Positions 1 to 13,479 of a stretch of DNA of 64,000 nucleotides are shown here, one piece after another (the stretch's first letter is position 1; the number at the start of each line of letters is the position of its first letter). Made by a program: the position numbers and the translations under genes. The stretch covers positions 66,216,001-66,280,000 of the forward strand of contig OX597827.1 of NCBI GenBank assembly GCA_951406725.2, given 5' to 3'. This stretch comes from Octopus vulgaris (Eukaryota). The notes under the pieces are model-generated. The model was given only the letters and a program-made list of their open reading frames with translations. It ran no database searches and was not told the DNA's origin.

Positions 1-399
1 ATATATGCTTATGTGCATATATATGTATATGTATGTATGTATACATGTATATCTGAATGTATGTATCTATCTTTGTATAAATGCATATATGTATGTACAT
101 ATGTATGTGTATATATGTATGTATATATGTATGTGTGTATATATGTATGTATAAAAATCAATAGACGAAATACCGCTGCATCGTAGCGTTTAATAGCACG
201 TACATATTATGTGTGATGCTTCAAACACATTTGGAGAACTATAATTGTATATGCATAAGCTCTCTCGCACACACGAACGCACACTCAAACATATACATAT
301 ACACATGCATATATATATATACACTTATATATGTATATATATATGTTTCTATATCTATATATGTGTACATATATATACAGATATATATATGAGTGTGTG

Positions 400-438
<39 letters not shown>

Positions 439-444
439 ATATAA

Positions 445-536
<92 letters not shown>
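1..536. repeat. Compound (TATG)n/(TA)n/(CA)n microsatellite
   Basis: Directly visible di- and tetranucleotide arrays; source of spurious YI/CV/HT ORFs. Confidence 0.95.
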
Positions 537-538
<2 letters not shown>

Positions 539-717
539 TCTAAATCACCATGTGTATGATACCCTCCTTTTACGAAAATTGAGATTAAAATTACTGGTGC
601 GTTGAATTCATACTATCAGACAGCAATTATTTTCCAAACCATATTTATGGAAAAGAAAAAAAAATTACAATGAAGTACAAAAATATACTGTTTTAGATTC
701 TCTTCTTTTTCATTACG

Positions 718-748
<31 letters not shown>

Positions 749-1127
749 TCACCATCACATAGCATGAAAAACTACAATATTAATTTATATCATATGTGTA
801 ATACTTCATGCTAAAAATTGAGTTAAGGTATTTTATGAACGATTAGGTCCAAAATTTGAATGCTATACATAGTCGAGTTTAATACATACGTCTCGTCACT
901 GTATGTGAGTTTGTTGCTCGTGGTCCACGGATCATTAATTAAAACTCTATGTATACTGCGTCTGGTGAAATGAAGAGAGAATCATACTTCTACTGGAGAC
1001 CTGGTTCCGTGTGACATACGCAATGCACAGTGTTGTGCCACACAACATATTTTTCGACCATAAACACAAACATTACATCACATGCCGCTGAAATATTCTA
1101 CCTTAAAAAATTTCGTAAGATGATCTA

Positions 1128-1171
<44 letters not shown>

Positions 1172-1232
1172 ACACACACATGCGGGTGTGTATTTGTATA
1201 TGTTTGTGCGCGCTCTTGTATATATAAAGTGG

Positions 1233-1588
1233 TGCTCCGTCGGTTATGACGATGAGTGTTCCAACTGATCCCAACGACGGAACAGCCTGCTCGTGAAATT
1301 AACGTGCAAGTGACTGAGGGCTCCACTGATATGTGTCTCCTTGACGTAGTTGATTCAGCGTGACACAGAATGTGACGAGGCTGCTCCTTTGAAATACAGG
1401 TACAACAGAAAGAGGAAGAACGACTGAGAGAAAGTTGTGGCGAAAGAGTAAAGCAGGATTCCTCACTTCCCCCTGCCGGTGCAAAGTGGAGCTTCAGGTG
1501 TTTCCGCTAAATAAACACTCACAACACAACCGGTCTGGGAATCGAAACCGCGAATCTGCTGCTCTAATCCCTGTGCCATTGCACTTTC
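1233..1588 (-). mobile_element. tRNA-derived SINE, family C (diverged copy)
   Basis: Reverse complement aligns by eye to the full copy at 47221-47602. Confidence 0.85.
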
Positions 1589-1591
1589 ACC

Positions 1592-1702
<111 letters not shown>

Positions 1703-1931
1703 GACACACACAAAGTACGGGGTTTAGTTCACAGGTGATCTAAACGATTAGGTACTCTAGGTATGTGCTGTAACGGATTACTAGGGGTCCAAGGTTATAG
1801 CCGAGACGGTAGTTATGGAGCCATTGCAGATTTCCAATGCAACGGATATATAATTCTTAAACAGGATGTTAAACATTAAGGCAAGGGAAGCATCTCAAGT
1901 CATATACAATATTATTACAAGAAGAATTCAA

Positions 1932-1989
1932 CATATTACAGCTGTTTCTGAGATATCCCCGAGTATGGGCTATTCCGTCATCAGAGACA
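1932..1989 (-). ncRNA. Minimal type I hammerhead ribozyme-like motif (C3:G8, partly decayed stems)
   Basis: Minus strand: tgtct CTGATGA cggaatagccc...gggatatctca GAAA CAGCTG TA atatg; canonical core and palindromic helix III; helices I and II imperfect. Confidence 0.55.
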
Positions 1990-3159
1990 AATTGGGGAAA
2001 AATATGGAAAATGAGAATAGTATATATATCAATAAGACGATAACATAGGAGAAAGAAGTAAAAGAATAAGTTGATGAAAAAAGAGAAAATAGAAAGAATA
2101 ATGTACATTTATACATATATATATATGTGTGTATGTGTGTGTTGATTGCTTGTTGTCTGGCGTTTTATCATCATCAATTACTTTTGATTTATTGAGAATT
2201 GTATGAATGATTGCCCTCACTGCCTATGACATTTCTCTATTCTCTCTCAGTATGTGCTAATGAAATCAGACAATTCATCATCTAGTAAATACTAAAACAT
2301 AACAGGCTTCTTCGTGGTTCGGTGAAAATAGAGATTTCGGATGTACTAACTTTACGTAAATGTATTGCGGAAAATAAAATGCAAGAGTCCATTTGTTTTA
2401 AATGTTAACCAGAGTTGCGAATAAAATATAGCTTATTGTTCCTCACGATCTATTAACTTTGATACAAACCAATGACTTCTGTAACAGTGTCTGAAATGAA
2501 AACTATTACATGAATTCAATAGTGTTTGGTCTTAAAATCATATTATAGATGGAACTGTGAGTTACCAAAGGCATTAACTGGTGAGGGATCTTCCAAAAAG
2601 CCATCATAAAATGAAAACCATCAGATGCTGTATTATTGGTATGGACATAAGTATGCTTGTTTGGAGGAGTTTTAGTTTTTAAAAAGCAATAAATATTTAT
2701 ATGAATACGCCTTCAGTATTAATCTGATTGCATGATAGCATTTTTTTTTATTTAAGATATTTATTAATCTATAATCATAATAATTTTATATTTAATATAT
2801 TCCAAAATTATTTTTCGTCAACAATTTAAGTACGTTCGGAAATATATCGTAATGATGTTCGCATCAAAATAACGGATCTTATTAAAACAGTGAACTCTAT
2901 GAATGGATAGCGATATAGCATCTTATATGAGAGAATAGAAATCAAACTAAAATGATGGTAAAATATTCTAATATACAATTACAAAATAAATAATATAACA
3001 CAGCGAAAAGTAATAAAACCGTAATTCGTTTCATTGTTATATATTGCTTAATGAAATTTCACTTAGATCTTCCAGAATCATTTTTGTCATCTTCAATTTT
3101 GTTTCTCCAGAACATCAAATATATTAATTACAATAATTTCCGTACAATTACACCCCACC

Positions 3160-3229
<70 letters not shown>

Positions 3230-3315
3230 ATATGTATATGACATTAATAAGTTTGAAATCATGTTTATTTTTAATACCAATGTACCTGAATAAATTTAAT
3301 ATTACTTACTAATAA

Positions 3316-3900
3316 GGCGGCGAGCTGGCAGAAGCGTTAGCACGCCGGGCAAAATTATTAGCGGTATTTCGTCTGCGTTACGTTGTGAGTTCAAATTCCG
3401 CCGAGGTCGACTTTGCCTTTCATCCTTTCGGGGTCGAGAAATTAAGTACCAGTTACGCACTGGGGTCGATGTAATCGACTTAATACCTATGTCAGTCCTT
3501 GTTTGTCCCCTCTGTGTTTAGCACCTTGTGGGTAATAAAGAAATTGGTATTTCGTCTGTCTTTACGTTCGGACTTCAAATTCCACCTAGGTCGACTTTGC
3601 CTTTCCGTGTCGATAAACTATGTACCAGTTACGCACTGGGGACGATGTAATCGACTTAATACCTTTGTCTGTCCTTGTTTGTCCCCTCTATGTTTACCCC
3701 CTTGTGGGCAATAAAGATATAAGAAACGTTAGCACGACGGGCGAAATGCTTAGCAGTATTTTTTTTACATTCTGCGGTCGACTTTGCCTTTCATCTTTTC
3801 GGAGTTTACAAATTAAGTACCAGTTGCATACTGTGGTTGATCTAATCAACTGGCCCCCTCTCCTCAAATTTCCAGCCTTGTTCCTAGAGGAGAGAAAAAA
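3316..3900 (+). mobile_element. tRNA-derived SINE family A, tandem/nested cluster (about 3 partial units)
   Basis: ggcggcgagctggcagaa head, gagttcaaattc B-box, repeated gtcgactttgcctttcatcc domain and cttgtggg(t/c)aataaaga tail. Confidence 0.9.
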
Positions 3901-4843
3901 TTAACTAACGTCGTGCAATGAGCTGGCAGGATGGCTTATGTGTTGGAAAACAATCTTTGCGACATTTTCCGCTGTCTTGAGTTCTATGTTTAAATGTCAC
4001 TGAGGCAAACTTGATGTTGCTAATATTGCTTCTACTTCGAAGAAAAACTGTCTACAATATTTTTTTTTAACGTTCTGTGTTTAAATTCTGCAGGGATAAA
4101 CGCAAGGCGTACATCTGGCAAAAATGTTTAGTGTCGATCAAAATGTGATGAGATTTTTTCGGGATTTGCTACGGCGCCGATAACGTCGATGTCATCTCAG
4201 TATTCCATCATTTCAAGCTCAATAAAACACAAAATAATGTCAAGGATTACCAATACTGTAAGGATATGGGAGCGGATATGTTGGAGCATTTGTTCCGACA
4301 TTCTTTGCTTTATTGTTCTTCTTGTTTATATGTTCTTTTTGTTTAGAAAATTAGTTTGATACCATTGATACCATCTTTTATAACAGAAAATTAAAGGAAA
4401 AAAAATCGTGTTCATAATAGACAGACAACGATTTCAGCTCTGCATATTCAGAGAAAATATTTTTAGTACATTAATCATATATTAAATGCTCAATTGCGTC
4501 TACAGGATCAGAAGTTATTTCGAGGAATTTATTTGAAAGAAAGCCAATATATTATGTGCCACAATTTAGTCCAATGTTTGAAAAGACATATTCTTGCCAA
4601 ACAACAGATGTGGCATATTATAATTTTCTATTTTCTCTTTGAATGTTTTCTATTTTCTTTATTTTGTCTTTTTATACACTTTTATTTGGTAATAACTAAA
4701 CAACAGGGAAGGACATGTCTCGTTTTAATAATTACGTATTATGAACGTGTTGTTAACACAAATTCTCATGGCTTGTTTTTTTAATTTGTAATTATTTGAC
4801 GATATATATTAGAGCTTCATTTCCATTACAACGTTTGTAATAA

Positions 4844-5053
4844 TCTCTCTCTATATAAACGGCAGTTTGTCTGTGTGTGTATTTCTGTGTGTCTGTCAGG
4901 TTGTACCCTCACCCTGACCACGGCTTTCAACCGATTCTGATGAAACTTGACACACACATAGCCCAATGTCATAATTCAAAACTAACGCAGCGAAAATTTT
5001 GCTTTATAGTTATTTCCCTTACGATCCTGAGCAACGCCGGGCGATACTGCTAG
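4844..5053 (+). mobile_element. Non-autonomous Helitron-like element
   Basis: 5' TC, 3' ...gagcaacgccgggcgatactgCTAG, inserted between A and T; 3' end shared with 30726-31633. Confidence 0.75.
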
Positions 5054-5187
5054 TCTTTAATAAAGAACGTGTGAGATATTGTTAGGTTTCGTTGCAGCTG
5101 ATTCACCTGTCAAGACTTACAAATTGTTCGGTATAGAGAGGCTTTCTTTCCACGTTTTTTCTTTAGTATACGGTTTTATTTCCATGT

Positions 5188-5417
5188 GGCGGCGCAATAG
5201 CCCAGTGGACTCGTGATCGGAGCGATCGCGGTTTCGATTCCCAGACACGGGTATTGTTTGTGTTTATTGAGCAAAAACACCTAGAAGCACCACGATTCTC
5301 CGGCAGGGGGTGGTGGTGACCCCTGTTGTACTCCTTCGCCACAATTTTCTCTCACTCTATCTTCACGCCATAGAAACCGGAAAACCGGGCCCATGAGCCT
5401 GGCTAGGCTTGAAAAGG
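5188..5417 (+). mobile_element. SINE family C head with alternative 3' tail
   Basis: ggcggcgcaatagcccagtgg...gtttcgattccc head; tail gaaaccgg...ggctaggcttgaaaagg shared with 52753-53026. Confidence 0.8.
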
Positions 5418-6493
5418 TCGACATTTATCGCTTTGTATGTTTTTTCCGATTTAACGTTTCTTCAAAATATACTAATGAATTCTACTATTTATTACTTGAT
5501 GTAAACTTTATTATACGGCTTAGTTAGGGCCCAGTTTTATATGAACTACTTCTTTATGGATAAGGAATCTACTATTTATTGTACAAATCTCTTCTTAGTT
5601 AAAAGAAGCTAAAATTGTCATACAAACTGCTGTTAGCTTGTTTGTGTCCAAACGCCTTCTAGAGTTTTCTTGTTAATTTCTTGTACACTCTGTCGTCCTG
5701 TAAGCCTAATTGATATCTTGTGTGAATATTTCATTTAGGGTTGATTTTTCAAATCGTATGATAATTCTTGGGAACGTTTTCCTGTCTAACCTCTTCCTTT
5801 TACTTAACGCTCCGATTATGATGTTAAATCAGTATTAATATGTGGGATGGATACAATAGGGAATTTATGAATATATTTATATTTGTAGTTGTGAGTTTAG
5901 ATGTTGGCGGTATTCACATTAATCTCTAGCATACTTTTTTCTAACATCCTCCGCTGGCATTAGCTTTTGAGTTTCAGTTTTCCTTAGTATTTTCGTCAGG
6001 TTTGCTCTCCTCTAATTTTCTGTGGATTACATTTGTATTTAACTGCTTTTTCTCAAACTTAATTAGTTCCCTTCCAGTAGATTTGGCACAGCTCTAGTTT
6101 CATAATTATCTTAACCTCAAGGTCTGTTTTTCTAAAGAATTGTAAATAGATTATTTTTCAAATGACGATTAAATCACTAAAAAGATACGTTCCGGTCACT
6201 ATCCATAGGAATACTATCGCATGTCTCTGTCGGGTTTCCGTTTCTGTAATGGCCTACACTTCACAGAAATGACTGGTCTGGCATATCATAAATTCAGGCA
6301 GCACCGACAGACTTGTTCTATATATTGTCCCGAATGCTCGAACATGCTACAAACACTCATCAATCCCTGTTCTCAAGAAGTTCATCTTTCTAAAATATTC
6401 TCTCTTATCGTACTGTTTCTGCAGGCGTTGATCTGCGGATAGTTTAAAACAAATATTATGGGCTTCACAATAATTAAATTCTTACATTAGTCT

Positions 6494-6587
<94 letters not shown>

Positions 6588-6745
6588 TATTGTAGTTCGC
6601 TTGAAGCATTGTGTATTGTTTATTGTGAAATGAAAGAACAGTGTAGAGTAGACTATTATAACTGTTATAATTCAATTATACAGCGTCTGATATAAGATTT
6701 TACCGTTGGAAAACAGATTATAGCAGTGACTCGATCAATTCATAG

Positions 6746-6792
6746 CGAAATCTGAAGAAGGAATAATTATATTCCGAAATATTATATCGGAC

Positions 6793-6793
<1 letters not shown>
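6746..6793 (+). ncRNA. Hammerhead-like motif in a ~210 bp island between (TA)n tracts
   Basis: CTGAAGA a GGAAT aattat ATTCC GAAA tattata TC; perfect helix II, helix I poorly paired. Confidence 0.45.
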
Positions 6794-6827
<34 letters not shown>

Positions 6828-6867
6828 GTATGTATGCATAGTATATATATATGCATATATATATATG

Positions 6868-6947
<80 letters not shown>

Positions 6948-8059
6948 ATGGTACGTCTACGTTATTAAACAATCCAATATTGTCGTAAACATGATCTCCA
7001 GGTAGCTTTTTTAATCATATATTATCTAAACTGTTATATGTTTTTCAGTTCTATCTAACAAGAGGTATGCAAAATCTTATACTCTACAATCGGTTAGTTG
7101 GCAAGATAAGAACAGTCTATGATCATTGAAGAAAGCTTTCAAAATAATTAGTATATCAGATGTTTCTACTTGTGTGTAGCGGACAGACAAATTCTTCCAC
7201 TAATATAGCTAATTTTAAATCTTGCTTGTGTTGAAAAACGACCTAAAAACTGCGAGTAAATTTAGAAGCAATATTGTCAGAAGGCATATATAGACAGCAT
7301 TCATGTTAATACAACGGTTAAAAAAATCTTTATTGTTAGTGCTCTCTCTCTCTATACAAACGCAATAAATTTCTGCAACGTTTCTGTAGTCGCAGTGTTC
7401 TTGGTTTGTCAACTTACGTCTTATATTTTAAATTAGTTTCTTCGTCTCGAAAATAGAATGTACTCTATTTAATCCCTGAATGTTGTGGTGTTATCAATTT
7501 ATATCCTTCAGTACCTTTCTCAATTTTCTTCGATTCCAAAATAGACATCTCAGAAAGAGTGACGCAACTGAAAAGGAAAAGAATTAGAAATTGACGTTGC
7601 CGGTTTCCTCAATACTTTATAGAAACGTAGATTATATTTTTTACGTACATGTATGTATATTCGCAATGAAAGATCGGCATAATAGCTCGCCAGCCACTAT
7701 AATTCTTTCTATTTTCTCTCACTGTTTATTTCTATGTTCCTTTCCGTTGAAGAGCGTAGGGTCGAAACGTAAAAGACATTCTCTCTCCCCCAGCGTTAAA
7801 CTAATACATCTGTTTGTTGTCTACACACCCGTTTCGTCTTATGATTTTTTTGTAAATTCTCACTATATATATATATATATATGTGTGTGTATGTATGCAT
7901 ATACATACATGCATGCATACATACACGTAGTGTCTGTACTATATTTATGCGTGTGACTCGCTTGTCTCTGCATGCGTAATTCTGTGAATGCTCTTGTTTT
8001 TGCGTATACGAGGAAGTGGACCACACAACCACGCAGAAACTGATGCACACATCCATACA

Positions 8060-8114
<55 letters not shown>

Positions 8115-8331
8115 ACACGTATATATATATATCATGGGAAGGTTCATAGTTTCTCCGAGATTTTCGCCAAAAGCTAGCCTTTGAAGATGAAAGCCAGTTT
8201 GCAAAGCCATTCTTTGATTAAATTTCTCAGAAATATCCTACTTCCTTACAGTAAATATTTGCTTGTAAACCCTGAAATAAGTACTTTGTTCTAGTAATGT
8301 GTGTTACTTTCATGTATTTACGACCACGTGT

Positions 8332-8468
8332 ATAATTATTATTGTTGTTGTTGTTCTTCTTCTTCTTAATATTATCATGATCATCATCATGATTATCATC
8401 TTCATCGTCGCCGTCATCATCATCATCATCTTCATCATCATTCATCATTATCATCATCATTATCATCA

Positions 8469-8552
<84 letters not shown>

Positions 8553-8556
8553 CATC
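8332..8556. repeat. Compound trinucleotide array (TTA/TTG/TTC/TCA)n
   Basis: Directly visible. Confidence 0.95.
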
Positions 8557-9659
8557 TCATTAGTACAAGTAATTTTAGTAGGGGAAGTGGTAACACACAC
8601 ATATATATACATAAAACGTATATGCTTAGTGTATGGGAAAGTAAAAGAGAGACAGATAGCGAGAGAACGGTGCGGCAGGATTTATATATATATATATATA
8701 TATTTATAGGTATGTGTATACTTGTATGTGTGTGTGTGTGCATGTGATCGATTTAATAGACAATTACAATATTTTAGTAGCCTTAGTCTGTATAAAATCT
8801 TGGTGAAACTACATTCTCAGATTTTCAGTAATATTGATTTGTATATAAACACTCGAAATAAAAGAGCTTGCGTAGGTTTAACCTCACCAAAGCTGATTAG
8901 ATCTATCTAAAGATTTATCTAGATTCCCAAATGATAATAGGCATATTTGATGTCGATATGCTTCATAAAATCGTAGAACTTGTTTAAAACTAATGGTAGA
9001 AATTACCTGCTAATCTATGGACACTGAATTGCTAGTTTGTATGTGGTCTTTCAAAGTTTTCTCATTTGTAAACCGTTGCGGAGTACGTATACGTAATTGA
9101 GTCATATGGTCTGTGTCATTTTGTATAATGTTTAGCTTAGGCAAATTGCTTCATATTCAATACCAGCTGATTAACGTTTCATAGTCGCATTTGAGTAATA
9201 TTTTACCCAACATGTTTTCTTTTGTTTATTCCAGAAGAAGTTGCGTTATATAAAAATATGATCTAGAGATATCGAGCAATGAGTTTCAAACATTTCTTCA
9301 AGTAAAGTCCCTTATAAAACTGTCTTATCAAATGTAATGCAACTCAGTTTTATTAACAGTAGAATGCACTTTGTGAAATATCTGTCCCCGTATTTTGTGA
9401 CGCGAAATAATATTGGTACCGATCCACTTATCGAAGTCCATATATCAACTCTCCGTGTGTATTGCGTTGTTTATCCCTATTGATCGATTTTTTTCCTTTT
9501 CCTTTTATTTTTTATCCCCTTTGTTTTGCTTTCCCCTTTCTTTCCTTTTGCGATCCCTTTTGATCGAAAACCAAACCCCCTTTTTTATCCCCAAAAGAAA
9601 AGCTCTACCTCGTAATTTGTCCCGTCTGTGTGCAACCCTGCGTGGCTAATAAAGAAACA

Positions 9660-10028
9660 TATTAATAGTTATCGCGAAGCTAATATGGCAGTACCGATTT
9701 ATAGGACGAATGATGTCGTTAATTAGCTCCAAGAGGCCATCGCCTCTAGCTAGCTATGTGACACACGAACCTGTGACTATTATAATCTTCGAACAGAGGA
9801 GGTCAGGCGTCAGCTAACTAGTTTCAGGGTATTTGCTCTTTATCAATACAGAACAGACGCCTGACCAGCAAGGGGAAGAAGCTGACCTCTTCTGTTCGAA
9901 GATTATAATAGACACAGGTTCGTGTGTCATATAGCTAGCTAGAAGCGATGGCCACTTGGAGCTCATCAACGGCAGCATTCGTCCTATATTTCGGGACTGC
10001 CATATTAGCTTGCCGATAACTATTAATA
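9660..10028. mobile_element. Foldback/MITE with ~148 bp terminal inverted repeats
   Basis: 9660-9807 is the reverse complement of 9882-10028 with scattered mismatches; TA-rich termini. Confidence 0.8.
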
Positions 10029-10077
10029 CCCATTACCGCTGCCGTAGTCTCCTTTACAGAAACTTAGAAAAAATAGC

Positions 10078-10145
<68 letters not shown>

Positions 10146-10156
10146 TAATAATAATA

Positions 10157-10389
10157 ATATTCAGACATTATAATAATAAAATATTCAGACAAATACATAA
10201 CAAAAACACCAGGACTTACAAACACATATAACATACAGAAAATTGCACTACTAGGCACTGCACACATCCTACGCAGAACACTTTCCATACAACAACCATC
10301 AGAGCATCACAGCAAATCATAGTACATACCTAAGGCACACAGAGCTGCGCCCGGTAGTGAAGTGAAAGCACGCTATAAAAATAAAACAA

Positions 10390-10393
<4 letters not shown>
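10157..10393 (+). mobile_element. Severely 5'-truncated copy of the R4/Dong-like LINE within (TAA)n
   Basis: Near-identical to about 22360-22581; (AAT)n arrays on both sides (10078-10158, 10393-10466). Confidence 0.92.
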
Positions 10394-10468
<75 letters not shown>

Positions 10469-10702
10469 TTTATATATATATTGATATTGCGGTCTGGTTT
10501 CCTTAAATGCATTGCGTAAATGTGCGCATTTGTATGTGCTGAACAGTGTATGACCCATGCTGATTAAGAAACCCGCATTATTGCATTACAATGGAACGTT
10601 TACGTAAAATGTTATATTTAGTAAGAAAATGATTTCAGAATGATGCAATCTTTTAATATGTTTTACTATTGATATATATATATAGTACTAAAATGCAGGC
10701 AA

Positions 10703-10827
10703 GATACCTTGGGCAAGGGGCAAGTGTCTTCTACTATAGCCTTGGGCTGACCAAAGCCTTGTGAGTGGATTTGATAGACGGAAACTGAAAGAAGCTCGTC
10801 GTATATACGTATATAAGTATATATCTG

Positions 10828-10906
<79 letters not shown>

Positions 10907-11145
10907 ATGTATGTAAGTATGCATGTATGTGTGTGTGTCTGTGTGTGAGTATGTGGACATATATATATATATATATATATGAGTGTGTGTGTGTATATTT
11001 GTGTGTCTGTGTTTGTCCCCCAACATCGTTTGACAACCGATGCTGGTGTGTTTACGTTCCTGTAACTTAGTGAGACCGATAGAATAAGTACTAGGGTTAC
11101 AAAGTATGAGTCCTGGGGTCAAATGACTGAAACACGTAAAAGAGA
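10703..11145 (+). mobile_element. SINE family B (5'-truncated, internal microsatellite)
   Basis: ccttgggcaagtgtcttctactatagcc...gtcaaatgactgaaac matches 28175-28568. Confidence 0.85.
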
Positions 11146-11337
11146 ATAACTGAGAGCCATGCAAGATTATCGAAAGAAATATCAGCGTTGAAAGCTTCAT
11201 CATCGCAATCATCATCACCATCATCATTGGCATCGCCTTCGTTGATGTCCTCCTCATCATCCCCTTCGTCATTATCACGTCCATCACCTCTTATCTGATC
11301 TCCTTCCCCACCCTACACCATCACCTTCTGCCCTTCC

Positions 11338-11616
11338 TGTCTTCTTCAAATTTTTCTTCTTCTTTTTCTTTTTCTTCCTTTTCTTCTTCTTTTTCCTCTT
11401 CTACTTCTTCTTTTCTTCCTCCTTATTTTCCTTCTTTTTCCTTCTTCTCCTTCTTTTCTTCTTCTTCTTCTTCTTCTTCTTCTTCTTCTTTTCCTCCTCC
11501 TCCTCCGTCTTCCTCTTCCTTGGTCTTAATTATTATGCTGTATGTTTAATAATAGCGCTTTTCTTATTTCGGTTGTTACAGTAGCAGCACAATTAGTAGT
11601 AGCATATACTATACTG

Positions 11617-11670
<54 letters not shown>

Positions 11671-11746
11671 TTATTACTACTACTGCTTCTACTACTACTA
11701 CGACGATGGGGGTAGTAGTAGTAGTAGTAGTTGTAGTAGCAGCAGC

Positions 11747-11799
<53 letters not shown>

Positions 11800-11830
11800 C
11801 AGTAGTAGTAGTAGCAGCAGTAGTTGTAGC
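11338..11830. repeat. (CTT)n-rich tract followed by (CTA)n and (TAG)n arrays
   Basis: Directly visible. Confidence 0.9.
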
Positions 11831-13479
11831 CACAACACCTCTCGTAGTGATTGATCGTTTTGTTTTTTTTTTTTATTTTGTTTTGGTTGAGTAAAAGAGA
11901 AAACAAGAAGAAAAAGGATATGCAAAATACACATTATTATGAAACCACAGGAAAATATAATACGAACCACTTCATCACGTGCATTTCAAATTTAATGGTG
12001 ACTGTTTTAAACAGAATCTCTTTCCCGTTCACATTCAATTATAAGACTTGCTTAAATTGACAGGTATAGCTAAACCTAGTTGGAAGATTAACAATCTGCT
12101 CGAGGTAAAACGCGTATACATACACACATGTGCATAAGCGAAGTACACATACACACGCACACACACACACACACACACACACGTAGATACACACACACAC
12201 ATTCATATACAGGTTTACACAGATGCAATGACATATAAATCACTTTCGACAACGAAAATTAAAATACAAATCTTGTGTCGAGGCTTTGATTGCGATCGTT
12301 CTTCAATGAGAAAATGTGGTGTGAATTATAAGGTTGATAATTTGGCTAGAATGTTTAAACCAGGTGTTGTATTTATTGCTTTGTGGTTTACTTTATGGTA
12401 GCTATGTGTTTTGTTGCAGGTGAGTGTTGCATTTCTCTTTAACGAAACGGAATGTGCTAATAGCGTTGGCTTCTCAAGGTACTAATTTGAAAATCATGTT
12501 ATTCGGTAAAAAGAAAGAGTGAACGAATCATGGTGCCTTGGTAATCAATCTATAGACAAGGTGTTAACACAATACGAACAAGTAATATTGATTTCTTGCA
12601 TTAGCGTAGATTACAGATGTATGGAAAAGGTCTACATATAATATGAATCGAAATACTACATGGTATATAATGCTTGGTAGAGATTTTATTCGTGAATCGA
12701 CAAAATGCATGATCTGAAAGCTGAGATTCATAGTTAAAAACAAATACTCTAAAATAGATGTATTGCTTATAATCGTTTTTATCGATCCATTTTGTAGAGA
12801 GTTATCACGGCAGATAGCAAATCACTGTGTTGAGATGCTTTGTTGAGTGGTTAAGTTATTTATTATTACAGTATATTGTCTGTAAATTGTTGGGATATTT
12901 CACGTTTAAATTACTTTCGGTAAATGCCATATCTGAGAGCATCCATAATGCTTTCAATCAATTCCAGTCCTTAAGTATGCAACAATAATATATTGCGCTT
13001 GACTATTCGATGTATAAAAGTTAGCGAAAAAGATAGACATGTACGTATTGAAATGAAATCGATACAAACACATGTCCAAAAACTACTTTTAGGAGACAGA
13101 TGATGGGAAAGAAAAAGAATTGGAGAAAATTGTCGAAAACACTAAGATACTGTAAAAAAAAATTACGTGAAATATGGGCTTCTTACAGTTTATTGATCAA
13201 TTATATTGAAAATGGCAATTTTTTAAATCTTTTACAGTCGTACTTTATTATTTAACTTTAGCACTACGTTAATATCAATAAAAATGCCGGGCCAGTTGCC
13301 AAAAGGAATAGAACGCCAGAATAATTGCGACAGTGTTTATTGATTTCATGTCTATGTTACAATTGCTGTGGAGTTTAGCTCGCCATGTATCAAATAGAAC
13401 TACGATCAAAAGATATTCAATATGCAACAGTAATTTTGTTTTTACGTCTGGAAGTGCATTAGCCAATGTCTCGTTCCTA

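Noticed and set aside
4937-4946. CTGATGAAA as a hammerhead core
   Set aside because: No helices I or III; lies inside the Helitron-like body
5470-6496. Possible decayed Penelope N-terminal region on the minus strand (…LQDDRVYKKL…)
   Set aside because: A single short motif amid stops is insufficient
8760-9350. Possible decayed RT-like sequence on the minus strand
   Set aside because: No diagnostic motif recoverable by eye
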